Shown piece after piece: positions 41,425-50,928 of a stretch of 64,000 bases of DNA. Position 1 is the stretch's first letter. Each line of letters opens with the position of its first letter. Source of the DNA: Candidatus Sumerlaeaceae bacterium (lineage in GTDB: Bacteria; Sumerlaeota; Sumerlaeia; Sumerlaeales; Sumerlaeaceae); assembly GCA_051003195.1 (NCBI GenBank), contig JBPCLP010000028.1:32001-96000 (forward strand), given 5' to 3'. Below the pieces are notes generated by a model that worked only from the letters and a program-made list of their open reading frames with translations, had not been told where the DNA came from and searched no databases. The translations under genes and the position numbers were made by a program.

Positions 41425-42714
41425 TTAACCCTTCACAATCAGCCCCGGCGTTGCGGCCTGTTTGACTTTGATAAGGCCCGTTTGCGGAAATGCCTTACCC
41501 AGGACTAACTTGCTGTCTGCCCCTAGCCACTGGTCCAGGATACTCGCATACACCCCGCGGAAATCGGTGGTATACTTCAGATCGCCCTGGTCCAGGTCCG
41601 TCAGGCTTGGCCGTTTGCCGGCCATCCCGGGATTAAGCATATCGCCTACGAGGAACATTGGCGCGGCAGTTCCGTGGTCCGTGCCGCCGCTGGCATTTTC
41701 GCCGACACGCCGCCCAAACTCGCTGAACGTCATGATTAATACGCGGTCGGAATTGCCCTGCGCCTGCATGTCGCGCTGAAATGCCGCGACGCCGTTTGCG
41801 AAACGCTCCAGGAGATTGTCATGCGAGTTGGCCTGGTTGGCGTGCGTATCGAAACCGGTAAGCGTCACGTAGTAAATACGGCTGGGTAAACCACCGGCGA
41901 TCATCTTTGCGACCGTCTGCAGGCTGTTCGCGAATTGCTCGCGAGGATATTCCACGCCACCTTTATACTTCTTCGCGACTTCCCGAACGCGGTCGGAACT
42001 CAGCACGGCATTGTTGGTTACCTTACGCAGGAAATCCAGGGTGTCGTTGTGCGGTAATTCGTTCGCAGCGTTCAGCATCTGGAAATTCTTTTCCTTGGCC
42101 TCTCCCTGCCCCTCGGTCCAGCCGAAGGAGTTTGGATCCTGGAAGGCGACGCCAAACCCTTTCTGCCCGCCGAACGCCTGCGGACGCTCTCCTCCTACAG
42201 CGACTCCCGCTACTGGTTCTGCCGTGCCTCCGCACTGGTTGTCAAAGTAGCGCCCGATCCACCCGCTGTCCGAGTAGCGATCGCTGTCCACAGCCGTGTG
42301 CCAGATTTCCATCGAACGGAAATGGGAGCGGTTCGGATTCGGGTATCCAACGCCTTCGATAACGCATAGCTTGCCCTGGTCGGCCAGTTCTTTGAATGCC
42401 TTCATCCTGGAGTTCAGTGCGACATCGCCGGTCAGCTTGATCAGCTTATCATCTTTAAGAGCTATCCGCGGACGGGCACGGTAGTACGCGTCATCGGTGA
42501 ACGGCACAAGTGTGTTCAGACCATCGTTGCCACCACCCAGTTGCACGACCACCAGCACACGGTCATCCTTGAAACCGGGAATAGGCCCACCCAGTTCGGC
42601 ATTGGCAGCGGCCGCCGCGCGCGCGAGGAACGCCGGCATCGCGGCACCCACAGCAAAAATACTCGAGGCCCGGATAAATTCCCGGCGGGTGCAAAGAAGA
42701 CAGTTATCGGACAT
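41425..42714 (-). CDS. DUF1501 family Tat-exported protein
   Basis: TRREFI twin-arginine signal; GGNDGLN, NRSHFRS, GFDTHANQ, SEFGRR, GTDHG. Confidence 0.92.
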   Translation of the reverse strand: MSDNCLLCTRREFIRASSIFAVGAAMPAFLARAAAAANAELGGPIPGFKDDRVLVVVQLGGGNDGLNTLVPFTDDAYYRARPRIALKDDKLIKLTGDVALNSRMKAFKELADQGKLCVIEGVGYPNPNRSHFRSMEIWHTAVDSDRYSDSGWIGRYFDNQCGGTAEPVAGVAVGGERPQAFGGQKGFGVAFQDPNSFGWTEGQGEAKEKNFQMLNAANELPHNDTLDFLRKVTNNAVLSSDRVREVAKKYKGGVEYPREQFANSLQTVAKMIAGGLPSRIYYVTLTGFDTHANQANSHDNLLERFANGVAAFQRDMQAQGNSDRVLIMTFSEFGRRVGENASGGTDHGTAAPMFLVGDMLNPGMAGKRPSLTDLDQGDLKYTTDFRGVYASILDQWLGADSKLVLGKAFPQTGLIKVKQAATPGLIVKG

Positions 42715-42855
42715 TGTGCTGGCCTTTCCAGTTAAACGCAAAAGCGCGAAGCAGAGCGGAGTGGCTCCCGCTCAGTGTGGAATACATTCGAATTCCCAAC
42801 GACAAATACTCGCGAGTCACCATGATGCCTGGCGCGGCTTGTGTTCCGCACTTCG

Positions 42856-44577
42856 TTAACATACCTGGTACTCCGCGGTGCTGAGGAGAAGCTGAACCGT
42901 CGCGCGAAGATCTTCTTCGGCGACCCGATCAACGGGCACTGGCTTACCGGGAGGAACAGCTTGTGCCATGACGTTCTTTAGTTTTTCGCGTTGCGCCGGT
43001 TCCAGCGGAAAACCGATAAAATAGGCGGTCAAACCATCGATAATTTCATCCGAGGTCTTGCCCTGGAACTGCTTAAAAAACTCTCGTGCCTTAAAGGGCG
43101 CCCGCTGCATGGCACGTGTTTCGAACGCGTTCGCGCCACGTTGCTTTTGCAGCGCCGTGTAAAGTGAGCTGCTCGGAATGTCCCGCGGCATTGCGTCCTG
43201 CCCCGCTGGAGCATTTTTCTCCACGTCCGGTCGCATATTCTCATCGTTCATGCCCGGGTTCGTGGCCATGCCGTCCATGTTCGACATGGATTCGGCATCG
43301 CCATTGCCGTTACCGTCCAGCCTCGCCAGGAACTTCGCGCCTTGCTTGAGAGCGCCGCCCCCCTTGCCAAAGCCGCCAAAACTGGGCACAACACCGCTGA
43401 CAAGGTAGTTGGCAAAATTATAGCGGATGAGCAGCGTGTTCGTGTTGATCCAGGCCTTGCCACCGTCCCAGCCCTTTACGTTTGGCGGAAAGAACAGCGC
43501 CTGCCCCATCGCACGCATTGCAAGCTGTGCGACTGGCGGCTTGGCCTCAAGCGGAGCATTAAGCTGCACCATGAGATTTACCACCAGTTGGGACGGGCTT
43601 TTTACCTGCGAGTGCATCGCCCTGTCGCTATAGAACGCCTCGCTGGAAAACATCTGCCGCAGCAAAGGTTTCAGTTCGTATTTGTTTTTGCGAAGCGTCT
43701 CGGCCAGGCCGGTCACTACTTCCTGTTCCGGCTCGTCGTAGGCAAAGAACTTCCATAATTTCCTGGAGATGAACTCGGCGCACGCGGGCTGTTGCATGAT
43801 GATGCTGATGATTTTGTCGCCATCGAAGTTGCCGGTCTGGCCCAGGAAGGTTTTGTTATCGGTGTCGTGCCGGCGGGAATCAAAGAAGTATTGGCCGTCA
43901 CGATCAGCCCACCCGGTAAATGCGCGCGCAGCTTCCTTGATGTCATTCTCGGTGTAGTTTCCGATGCCCAGCGTAAACAGTTCCATGAGCTCGCGCGCCC
44001 AGTTTTCATTCGGTTTCTGCCGCGTGCTTTGGATCTGATCCAGGTAACGCATCATGGCCGGGCTTTTGCCAACGGCGCGCGTCAGCTGGTCGAAATTCGC
44101 CGAGGCGTTGGAGCGGAAAATCTGGTTGAGCTGAAGGTTCGCCTGCGGCTCCTTCACCTTTTCAGCACTTGTTGCAAAGTGACCGTGCCAAAACAGCGCG
44201 AGTTTTTCTTCGAGCGGCCGCTGGCTCAACCGCATTCGCGTGATCCACCACGATTCCAGGCCCACCATTGCTTCTCTGGCTTCCTTTTGCTTTTCCTGCC
44301 GAAACTGCCGCTTCTCTTCTTCGGACATTGTCGCAACGGTCTGGCGCAATTCACGGTAATTGAACCGCTGGGGCAAGTCGCTGGGTGCGGCGGGAGCGAC
44401 GTCTGGAAGACGCTCGTAATCCACAAACGCCGACACTGCTTCCTGGGGTTTCATGGCCGCCAGTCGCACAATCGCCATTGGCGGCACGCCAAAGCCGGCG
44501 CGATTAAGCAGATGGCGCGCCGTGCGTTCGTTCCACTTAAACTCCGGGCGGCTGAATGCGGGGTCGAGTAAGCTCAT
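42856..44577 (-). CDS. DUF1800 family protein
   Basis: HLLNRAGFG, LFWHGHFAT, PNENWARELMELFTLG, ARAFTGW, PPNVKGW; usual pairing with DUF1501. Confidence 0.92.
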   Translation of the reverse strand: MSLLDPAFSRPEFKWNERTARHLLNRAGFGVPPMAIVRLAAMKPQEAVSAFVDYERLPDVAPAAPSDLPQRFNYRELRQTVATMSEEEKRQFRQEKQKEAREAMVGLESWWITRMRLSQRPLEEKLALFWHGHFATSAEKVKEPQANLQLNQIFRSNASANFDQLTRAVGKSPAMMRYLDQIQSTRQKPNENWARELMELFTLGIGNYTENDIKEAARAFTGWADRDGQYFFDSRRHDTDNKTFLGQTGNFDGDKIISIIMQQPACAEFISRKLWKFFAYDEPEQEVVTGLAETLRKNKYELKPLLRQMFSSEAFYSDRAMHSQVKSPSQLVVNLMVQLNAPLEAKPPVAQLAMRAMGQALFFPPNVKGWDGGKAWINTNTLLIRYNFANYLVSGVVPSFGGFGKGGGALKQGAKFLARLDGNGNGDAESMSNMDGMATNPGMNDENMRPDVEKNAPAGQDAMPRDIPSSSLYTALQKQRGANAFETRAMQRAPFKAREFFKQFQGKTSDEIIDGLTAYFIGFPLEPAQREKLKNVMAQAVPPGKPVPVDRVAEEDLRATVQLLLSTAEYQVC

Positions 44578-44785
44578 TCCTGGTTATACCTCTAAAGGTA
44601 ACGCTTCTTTGGAGCAAGAGATTTGCCGCGATCACCTCATTTTATAACATGTGCAGATGCAATGACGTGTGTTGAGGGCCTCCTGCGTCTCAGGGACCGG
44701 TAATGTACTGCTGTCCTCGTGCCTGTTCCTATTGGAACAGAAAGACAATCCCCTCCTTCTACGCAGCCACCGGGAGACTGTGGCT

Positions 44786-45559
44786 TTACGAAAGGGCCTG
44801 CGTGTAAGCGTCGCCGATATGAAGGAGCTGTCTGAGTTCGGGGGTGTGTGCCTTTGTTTTCAAGGCCTCACTCGGTTCGTAACCTGCCCACGGCTTCATC
44901 CAGAAGTGACCGTAGTTCATAATGATCGCTTTGCGATCGTTCGCCGTGTAATTGTTAAACGCCGCGTGATAGACACGCCCATTAAAAAGATACGCCGTGC
45001 CGGCTTTGTGCGACATGCGGACGTGGCCCGGCATCTCTTCCGGGTTTTCCACCTGCGGGAACGGATAGCCATCTGGATACCGATGGCTTCCCGGCATGAA
45101 TGCGGTTACACCACCATTCGGCTCCGTGTCGGTCAGCAGGTAGAACACCTTCACCATCAGTGTGCTCATTGGATGATAAACTCCACGCTGCGCGACGTCG
45201 TGATGCCAGGAGATGTGAGATACACTATCGCCCGGCTTCACATGGCCGTCGTTGTCGACCATGGAAATGTCGTCACCGACAAGTTCCCGCACGATTGGAA
45301 ACATTCGTGAGTGAGCGAGGAGATGTAAAAAAATATCGTTGTACTCGATGATGCCCAGGATCTGCCGTTCATTCGGCTTTCGGGTGCCTGGAAGGGATGT
45401 GTCGGCCTCCCAGCGCTTGTACGCGCAATCGAACGCTGCCGAGAGTTCACTGAGTTCGTTAGCAGACAGAAAGTTTTCGAATACAAGGTAGCCGTTTGTA
45501 TCGTACGCGATTTTTTGTTCCCAGCTAAGCGCAGTGGGTGGTACAAGGACCGTGGTCAT
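44786..45559 (-). CDS. phytanoyl-CoA dioxygenase (PhyH) family 2OG-Fe(II) oxygenase
   Basis: YDTNGY, WHHD, FMPGSH, HAAFNN...R. Start is ATG 45559 or 45601. Confidence 0.88.
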   Translation of the reverse strand: MTTVLVPPTALSWEQKIAYDTNGYLVFENFLSANELSELSAAFDCAYKRWEADTSLPGTRKPNERQILGIIEYNDIFLHLLAHSRMFPIVRELVGDDISMVDNDGHVKPGDSVSHISWHHDVAQRGVYHPMSTLMVKVFYLLTDTEPNGGVTAFMPGSHRYPDGYPFPQVENPEEMPGHVRMSHKAGTAYLFNGRVYHAAFNNYTANDRKAIIMNYGHFWMKPWAGYEPSEALKTKAHTPELRQLLHIGDAYTQALS

Positions 45560-45765
45560 AACGCGAGAAGCCTCTGACGGGTAAAAGTTGAAGAAGTTCA
45601 ATCGACTATAAACCCGCGACTATAATCAAGCGCATTGTTTTTACACGAGGCAACGGAGAACGGGGTAGCGTCGCAGGAGCTCTCCCGCGCTTTTGATTGT
45701 TTACTCCGCTATAAGCAAATCGCCGTGGCATTTGAACCGGCAGGAATGCCTATCCTGCAACGGAC

Positions 45766-47412
45766 CTATCTAAGTCGCCACCAGTTCATGATGACATCGT
45801 TAAAAGTGATGGCGAGCGCGAGGCCAATGATCAGGAACGTAAACGTGTTATAAATCACCAGCATGAACTTCGCCGGTAGCGGCCGCCGGATAATTGCTTC
45901 GATGGTGGAGAAAAGTATGTGCCCGCCATCCAGTATCGGAAGCGGCAGCAGGTTGGTAATGGCAAGGATCACGTTAAAGCTGATGAAAAGCGTCAGGTAG
46001 TACATCCAGCCTTCGTTGGCAGCTTTGTAGGCCATCGTACCAATCGCGATCGGGCCACCCACATTCTCACGAACCGTCTGAAAGCTCGACTGCAACAGGT
46101 CGCCGATACCGATGATATAGCGAACGCCGAAATTATAAGCACCGGTAAATCCGCCGATGAACGCTTCCCCAAATGGACGCTTTACAAAGTCGGTAAACGG
46201 GCCCGGCCCGAAGGCGATCCCGATCTGCCCAAGCTTTGGGTTTTCGGGATGCGGCCGAACATCGACCTGTAACGTAACAGTAGAATAACCCGATTTCGCA
46301 CTGCCCCGTTTTACTTCAACCGGAACCGTTTCTCCCAGGTGCTTTCGAATCTCGCGTGTCGCCCGTACTGCAGAGGTTACGGGCACGTTCGCAACCGACA
46401 CAATCTCATCGCCGACACGAATGCCTGCCTTCTCCGCCGGCAGGTTGGGAATAGGCTGTACCACGTACGCAGGTTGATGTGGCTGCAGAGACAGCTGCAG
46501 CCAATCTTCGCCAGCCAGCGCCAGCAGCGGTGCGGACGTCGAAATGTTTTCGCCGGACTTTGTGTGGACCACGACCGAAACCGGTTCCTTTTTCCCGACG
46601 CTAAGCAGGTAGTCGACTGCTCGAATGATCGACTTGCTCGTGCCGACCTTCTTTCCATTAAGCTCGATTACTTTTCCTTCGGGAAGCTGATGCTCGACGG
46701 GCGGCTCCGACGGAATTTCGGTAGTTATCGTTGTGCCGGCACGTTCAACGACAGCGCCCACGTAAGCGGGCTTCTTGTCGGACTTGACGGCTTTCTGGTA
46801 GGCGACCAAGATATCGATGTATTCTTTAGTGGGCCGTCCGTTTACCGAAAGCACCCGGTCCCCCGGCTGAAGTCCGGCTCTCGAGACATCCACGTGTTCA
46901 ACGGACTCGACAATCGGCAACGTGGGTGCAGGTTCGTGATGGCCGATCCAGTCCATTAAGAACAGCACGCAGACCGCGGTCAGGAAATTGTTAATACACC
47001 CGGCGCTGAACACCAGTATCTTCTGCCAGTACGGCTTGCTGCGCAGCGCGTCGACCTCCCGGACGACGCTCGCGCCGAGGCTCACCGGAGCCGGTGCGCT
47101 CAGTTCCGCGGCCGCAAGTTCTGCGTCGGCTTCCTGCTCTGGAGTTGCGGGCTTCTCGCCGGAGATGATCTCCTCCATCTCCTTGCTCATCGTTCCCACC
47201 ATTTTCACGTAGCCACCCAGTGGGATCGCAGAAATACAGTACTCGGTCTGGCCGCGCTTTACCTTCCAGATTTTCTTCCCGAAGCCAATCGAGAAGGTCT
47301 CCACGGCGACACCGAAAAGCTTGGCGAACATGTAGTGGCCAAGCTCGTGGATGAAAATCGCGAAGGAGATCAGGACAACTACCGCGACTCCGCCGCGCAG
47401 AATGTCGATCAT
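45766..47412 (-). CDS. rseP: RIP metalloprotease RseP (M50, PDZ domains)
   Basis: HELGH, FSIGFG, IPLGGYVKM, PDZ motifs (GLQPGD, GIRVGD), NLLPLPILDGGH. Confidence 0.95.
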   Translation of the reverse strand: MIDILRGGVAVVVLISFAIFIHELGHYMFAKLFGVAVETFSIGFGKKIWKVKRGQTEYCISAIPLGGYVKMVGTMSKEMEEIISGEKPATPEQEADAELAAAELSAPAPVSLGASVVREVDALRSKPYWQKILVFSAGCINNFLTAVCVLFLMDWIGHHEPAPTLPIVESVEHVDVSRAGLQPGDRVLSVNGRPTKEYIDILVAYQKAVKSDKKPAYVGAVVERAGTTITTEIPSEPPVEHQLPEGKVIELNGKKVGTSKSIIRAVDYLLSVGKKEPVSVVVHTKSGENISTSAPLLALAGEDWLQLSLQPHQPAYVVQPIPNLPAEKAGIRVGDEIVSVANVPVTSAVRATREIRKHLGETVPVEVKRGSAKSGYSTVTLQVDVRPHPENPKLGQIGIAFGPGPFTDFVKRPFGEAFIGGFTGAYNFGVRYIIGIGDLLQSSFQTVRENVGGPIAIGTMAYKAANEGWMYYLTLFISFNVILAITNLLPLPILDGGHILFSTIEAIIRRPLPAKFMLVIYNTFTFLIIGLALAITFNDVIMNWWRLR

Positions 47413-48563
47413 GCGAACTGCCTTTGGCGCGCATGTTCGCGCGCCCAGCGATCTGCAGCCTGGATCTGGTCCAGGGTCTCGGCCGACAGCGGATCATGGG
47501 CCTGGAGCGCGTCGTAAACGGTCTCCGGAATTCCCAGGAACGGTATTTCTTCTGCCAGAAAGCGCGCGACAGCCACTTCATTCGCGGCGTTCAGCACAGC
47601 GGGATAAGTTCCTCCGCGCTCGGCCGCATCGTATGCATATCTCAGGCATGGGAAGCTGTCCAGGTCCGGCTGCTCGAACGTCAGAGTTCCCAGCCGCGCC
47701 AGATCCAGCGCCGCAAAACGATTGGGGCGCCGCTCGGGATACATCAGCACGTTTTGGATTGGCAGGTACATGTCGGTCGTTCCCATTTGGGCAATGATTG
47801 AGCCATCGACATATTCCACCATGGAGTGAACCGTGCTTTGCGGATGCACCAGTACATCCACGCGACTCGCGGGTATTCCAAAAAGGTGGGCGGCTTCCAT
47901 CACTTCGAAACCTTTGTTCATCAGAGTAGCGCTATCTATGGTAATTTTCGGTCCCATGTTCCAGGTGGGGTGACGCAGTGCAGCTTCCGGCGTAATACTT
48001 TGCATCGTGTCGCGACCCGCACCGCGAAAAGGTCCTCCGCTTGCTGTGAGGATGATCCGGCGAACCGCCGCGCCGCCGCACCCGTTCAGGCACTGGAAAA
48101 CCGCGTTGTGCTCGCTGTCTATTGGAAGAATCGCCACGTCGTTCCCACGCGCCGCTTCCATCACCAGGTGACCTGCCGTGACCAGCACTTCCTTGTTGGC
48201 AAGTGCGACAGTCATACGCCGCTCAATGGCTCGCAAAGTAGGCAGCAGGCCTACAAAGCCCACCGTGGCCACGACAACCATGTCGGCTTCGTATTGGTCA
48301 ATCAGTTCCACCAAGCCGTTGTCGCCAGTGTGGAATCGCGCGCCAACCGATGCCGCAGCATCCCGGGCAATGTTCGTGTTCTCACTGTTCCGAAGGCAAA
48401 TCGCCTGCGGCCGGAAACGCAGTGTTTGCTCGGCCAGCAGTTCCGAGCGTGCGTTGGTGCTTAAGGCAACGACCTCGAACTCATCGGCGAAATCCGCGAC
48501 GACTTCCAGCGCCTTAGTTCCAATCGAGCCGGTGGAACCGAGGATGATCAGGCGCTTTTTCAT
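47409..48563 (-). CDS. dxr: 1-deoxy-D-xylulose-5-phosphate reductoisomerase
   Basis: LGSTGSIG, ALANKE, PIDSEH, TASGGPF, HPTWNMGPKITIDSATLMNKG, NAANE. Confidence 0.98.
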   Translation of the reverse strand: MKKRLIILGSTGSIGTKALEVVADFADEFEVVALSTNARSELLAEQTLRFRPQAICLRNSENTNIARDAAASVGARFHTGDNGLVELIDQYEADMVVVATVGFVGLLPTLRAIERRMTVALANKEVLVTAGHLVMEAARGNDVAILPIDSEHNAVFQCLNGCGGAAVRRIILTASGGPFRGAGRDTMQSITPEAALRHPTWNMGPKITIDSATLMNKGFEVMEAAHLFGIPASRVDVLVHPQSTVHSMVEYVDGSIIAQMGTTDMYLPIQNVLMYPERRPNRFAALDLARLGTLTFEQPDLDSFPCLRYAYDAAERGGTYPAVLNAANEVAVARFLAEEIPFLGIPETVYDALQAHDPLSAETLDQIQAADRWAREHARQRQFA

Positions 48564-48786
48564 GCGGTTTGGTTATAGGAAGCTGGCTTTAGCCTATTCA
48601 AATTCGGCCTATCTGAATTTCTGACCGGCTTTGCCGACTGGCTCTTCCACCGGTCATCTCCGACTGCCATACGTAGCGTATGTTCAACCTGCCGCATTTT
48701 GCGCTCCGAACGACTGGTGATTCGCTCGCCTACGCGTTGTTTATCCTCTGTGCCATGCGGTCCGCAGCATTTCCGCAACGAGAGGT

Positions 48787-49563
48787 CTACTCCTCCTCAT
48801 CGCCGAAGCCCGTCATATAGTCATCCGAGGCGCCAGAATCTGCCTCCTCGGTTGCCGCCACCGTCTCGGCGACCGGGCCACGGCGGCCGCCGGGATGCGG
48901 CTTGAGCATTCGCCGATCCCGTGCTGCCTCGGTTTCCTCTCCCGGACAAACCACGATGTGACGCTCCATGCCTTCACCACGGCTGATCGTGTAAATGCCG
49001 CGGATCTCCTTGAGGCTGTTATGAATGATCTTCCGTTCGCTGGCGCTCATCACTTCGAGGTCCACCTCGACTCCTTCGCGCAACGCACGCCGCGCGGCCC
49101 GCTCAGCCTGTTGCTCAAGCCGCGCGATGCGCTTTTCACGGTAGCCCTCGCAGTCGACATAAACCGGGTACAGATCGCGGGCACCATGCACCACCATACG
49201 ATTTACCAGTACCTGCAGCGCATCCAGGTTCTGTCCGTTTCGGCCGATAATCAGCGAGCCCTCCCCGCCGGCGTGGATGTTCAGAATCGTTCCGATCTTT
49301 CGTCGCAGCACTTCCACATGTGCCCGCGCACCGATCAACTCCAGCATTTTGCGCAGGTGCTCTTTCGCCCGGTTGACCAGTACGTCTTCGCGCACCTGGA
49401 GCCGTAGCGTCACACCCGGCAGCGGCTCGGCACCCGGAAGAATATCATCGTGCGCTGAGGAAAGCAGCGTGGTCTCTACAGCATCCAGGGAAACTCCGAG
49501 CTGACGCAGCCCCTCGGCAAGTGCCTGCTGTTCTGTATCGGCGGAAATATCGATTGAAATCAT
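48787..49563 (-). CDS. khpB: RNA-binding protein Jag/KhpB/EloR (KH + R3H)
   Basis: Jag-N-like start, KH motif LIIGRNGQNLDALQ, YREKR, R3H motif MSASERKIIH...SRGEG. Confidence 0.88.
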   Translation of the reverse strand: MISIDISADTEQQALAEGLRQLGVSLDAVETTLLSSAHDDILPGAEPLPGVTLRLQVREDVLVNRAKEHLRKMLELIGARAHVEVLRRKIGTILNIHAGGEGSLIIGRNGQNLDALQVLVNRMVVHGARDLYPVYVDCEGYREKRIARLEQQAERAARRALREGVEVDLEVMSASERKIIHNSLKEIRGIYTISRGEGMERHIVVCPGEETEAARDRRMLKPHPGGRRGPVAETVAATEEADSGASDDYMTGFGDEEE

Positions 49564-49674
49564 CGTGGGGGGTAACGTCGCGGCAGGAAATCGACACGCA
49601 AGTCTTTATGCAAAACATAATATCGTGTTCAAAATCATGGTCGCCTTTCTGCCTGACGCTTCCCATAGGTGGGA

Positions 49675-50322
49675 TTAATCTGTTGTCTTCTGAAACTCAA
49701 GGCTTCGCCACAGGTACCAGCAGGCTATTGTGGCGTATGGATGCCAGCGCTGCGCAATCTTCTCAGACTTTTTGCGATCCGGCAACTCCTTCAAACCGTA
49801 CACATTTCGCATTGCGGCGCGAACTCCATAGTCGCCCCACGCGAAAACGTCGGGCCTGCCAAGGCAGAACATCAGGAACATGTGCGCCGTCCATACCCCA
49901 ATTCCATGTACCTGGGTCAGCGCCTCAATTACCTCGTCGTTGGATAACTTGTGAATTGCGGGCAGATTGAGCCGGCCATCGGTCACCCGTGCGGCAAGGT
50001 CGTGCACGTAGGAAGCCTTCTGGCGCGACAGTCCCGCCGCGCGTAAATCCTCCACGGAAGCCGCGCTTAGTTTGTTCACACAGAACGCGCCATCTTCACC
50101 ACGGCTGAGTTTCTGCACGCGATCGAAAATCGCGCGTGCAACACCGGTCGAAATCTGCTGGGAAACAATGGACCGGATCAGCATCTCCAGCCGGTCCGAC
50201 TGCAGGCGCAGGCCGAATGCACCCGCACGTGTAATGACTTTGGCGAGAACAGGATCACACGCTGAAAGATGCTCGAGCGCTTCATTAACCGTGCTCGATG
50301 GGATCCGGGTTTGTGACGGCAT
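49675..50322 (-). CDS. alkA: DNA-3-methyladenine glycosylase II (HhH-GPD)
   Basis: SIVSQQIS, GLSRQK, HGIGVWTA, GRPDVF..GDYG, WHPY. Confidence 0.9.
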   Translation of the reverse strand: MPSQTRIPSSTVNEALEHLSACDPVLAKVITRAGAFGLRLQSDRLEMLIRSIVSQQISTGVARAIFDRVQKLSRGEDGAFCVNKLSAASVEDLRAAGLSRQKASYVHDLAARVTDGRLNLPAIHKLSNDEVIEALTQVHGIGVWTAHMFLMFCLGRPDVFAWGDYGVRAAMRNVYGLKELPDRKKSEKIAQRWHPYATIACWYLWRSLEFQKTTD

Positions 50323-50397
50323 AGTACTTCAGTCATAAGAATCTCTAAGTAACGTCTGCAAGTCCCGCGGAAGGGGCAATCTCCCGGAATGAACTGG

Positions 50398-50826
50398 TTA
50401 CTTCTGTAATATCAGTTCACGCCCCCAGATGTAGACAAATTCGAAAAATGCTTTGCCGCTGGCTGCGAACAAAATAAAGCATCCTGCGCCCGTGATTAGC
50501 CAGCCGAGTACGTCACGCTGCTCGTAGGGCTTTTGGTACCACCACCCAAAAATCGGCTGCAGCGCGAATGTAAACGCGTAACCGACCAGCCACGGAGTTG
50601 CTGTCGCAGTGCACCCAGGGAACGGACAACTAAAGAGATTGCCATGCACTCCGATGTGAAAAACTATTAAAAACCCGAATAGCAGCATCGCCCCGTTGGA
50701 AAGTATTTCGGGAACGGGCAGGTCACTGAGTTTCTGCTGTCGTACGGCCCGACAGCCGAGCAACAAAATCCAACCGACGGCAGCCATGCAGACAAAAAGT
50801 GCGATGCCGTTCAAGGTTGCGCTCAT
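50398..50826 (-). CDS. small 4-TM membrane protein
   Basis: From ATG 50826 (MSATLNG...), four hydrophobic segments; the upstream extension in the ORF track is antisense to gltX. Confidence 0.6.
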   Translation of the reverse strand: MSATLNGIALFVCMAAVGWILLLGCRAVRQQKLSDLPVPEILSNGAMLLFGFLIVFHIGVHGNLFSCPFPGCTATATPWLVGYAFTFALQPIFGWWYQKPYEQRDVLGWLITGAGCFILFAASGKAFFEFVYIWGRELILQK

Positions 50827-50928
50827 AGGTACGATTAAGGAGTCTACCGAGTTACCCGGCAAGGCAAGTAAGTAACACGAACGCTTTGTTCTTGAAGCCT
50901 GCCGTACCCTCGCCGGTACGTACACGCC

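Noticed and set aside
43100..43400. Possible intein or insertion element in DUF1800
   Set aside because: Just an in-frame Gly/Met/Asn-rich low-complexity stretch with no splicing motifs.
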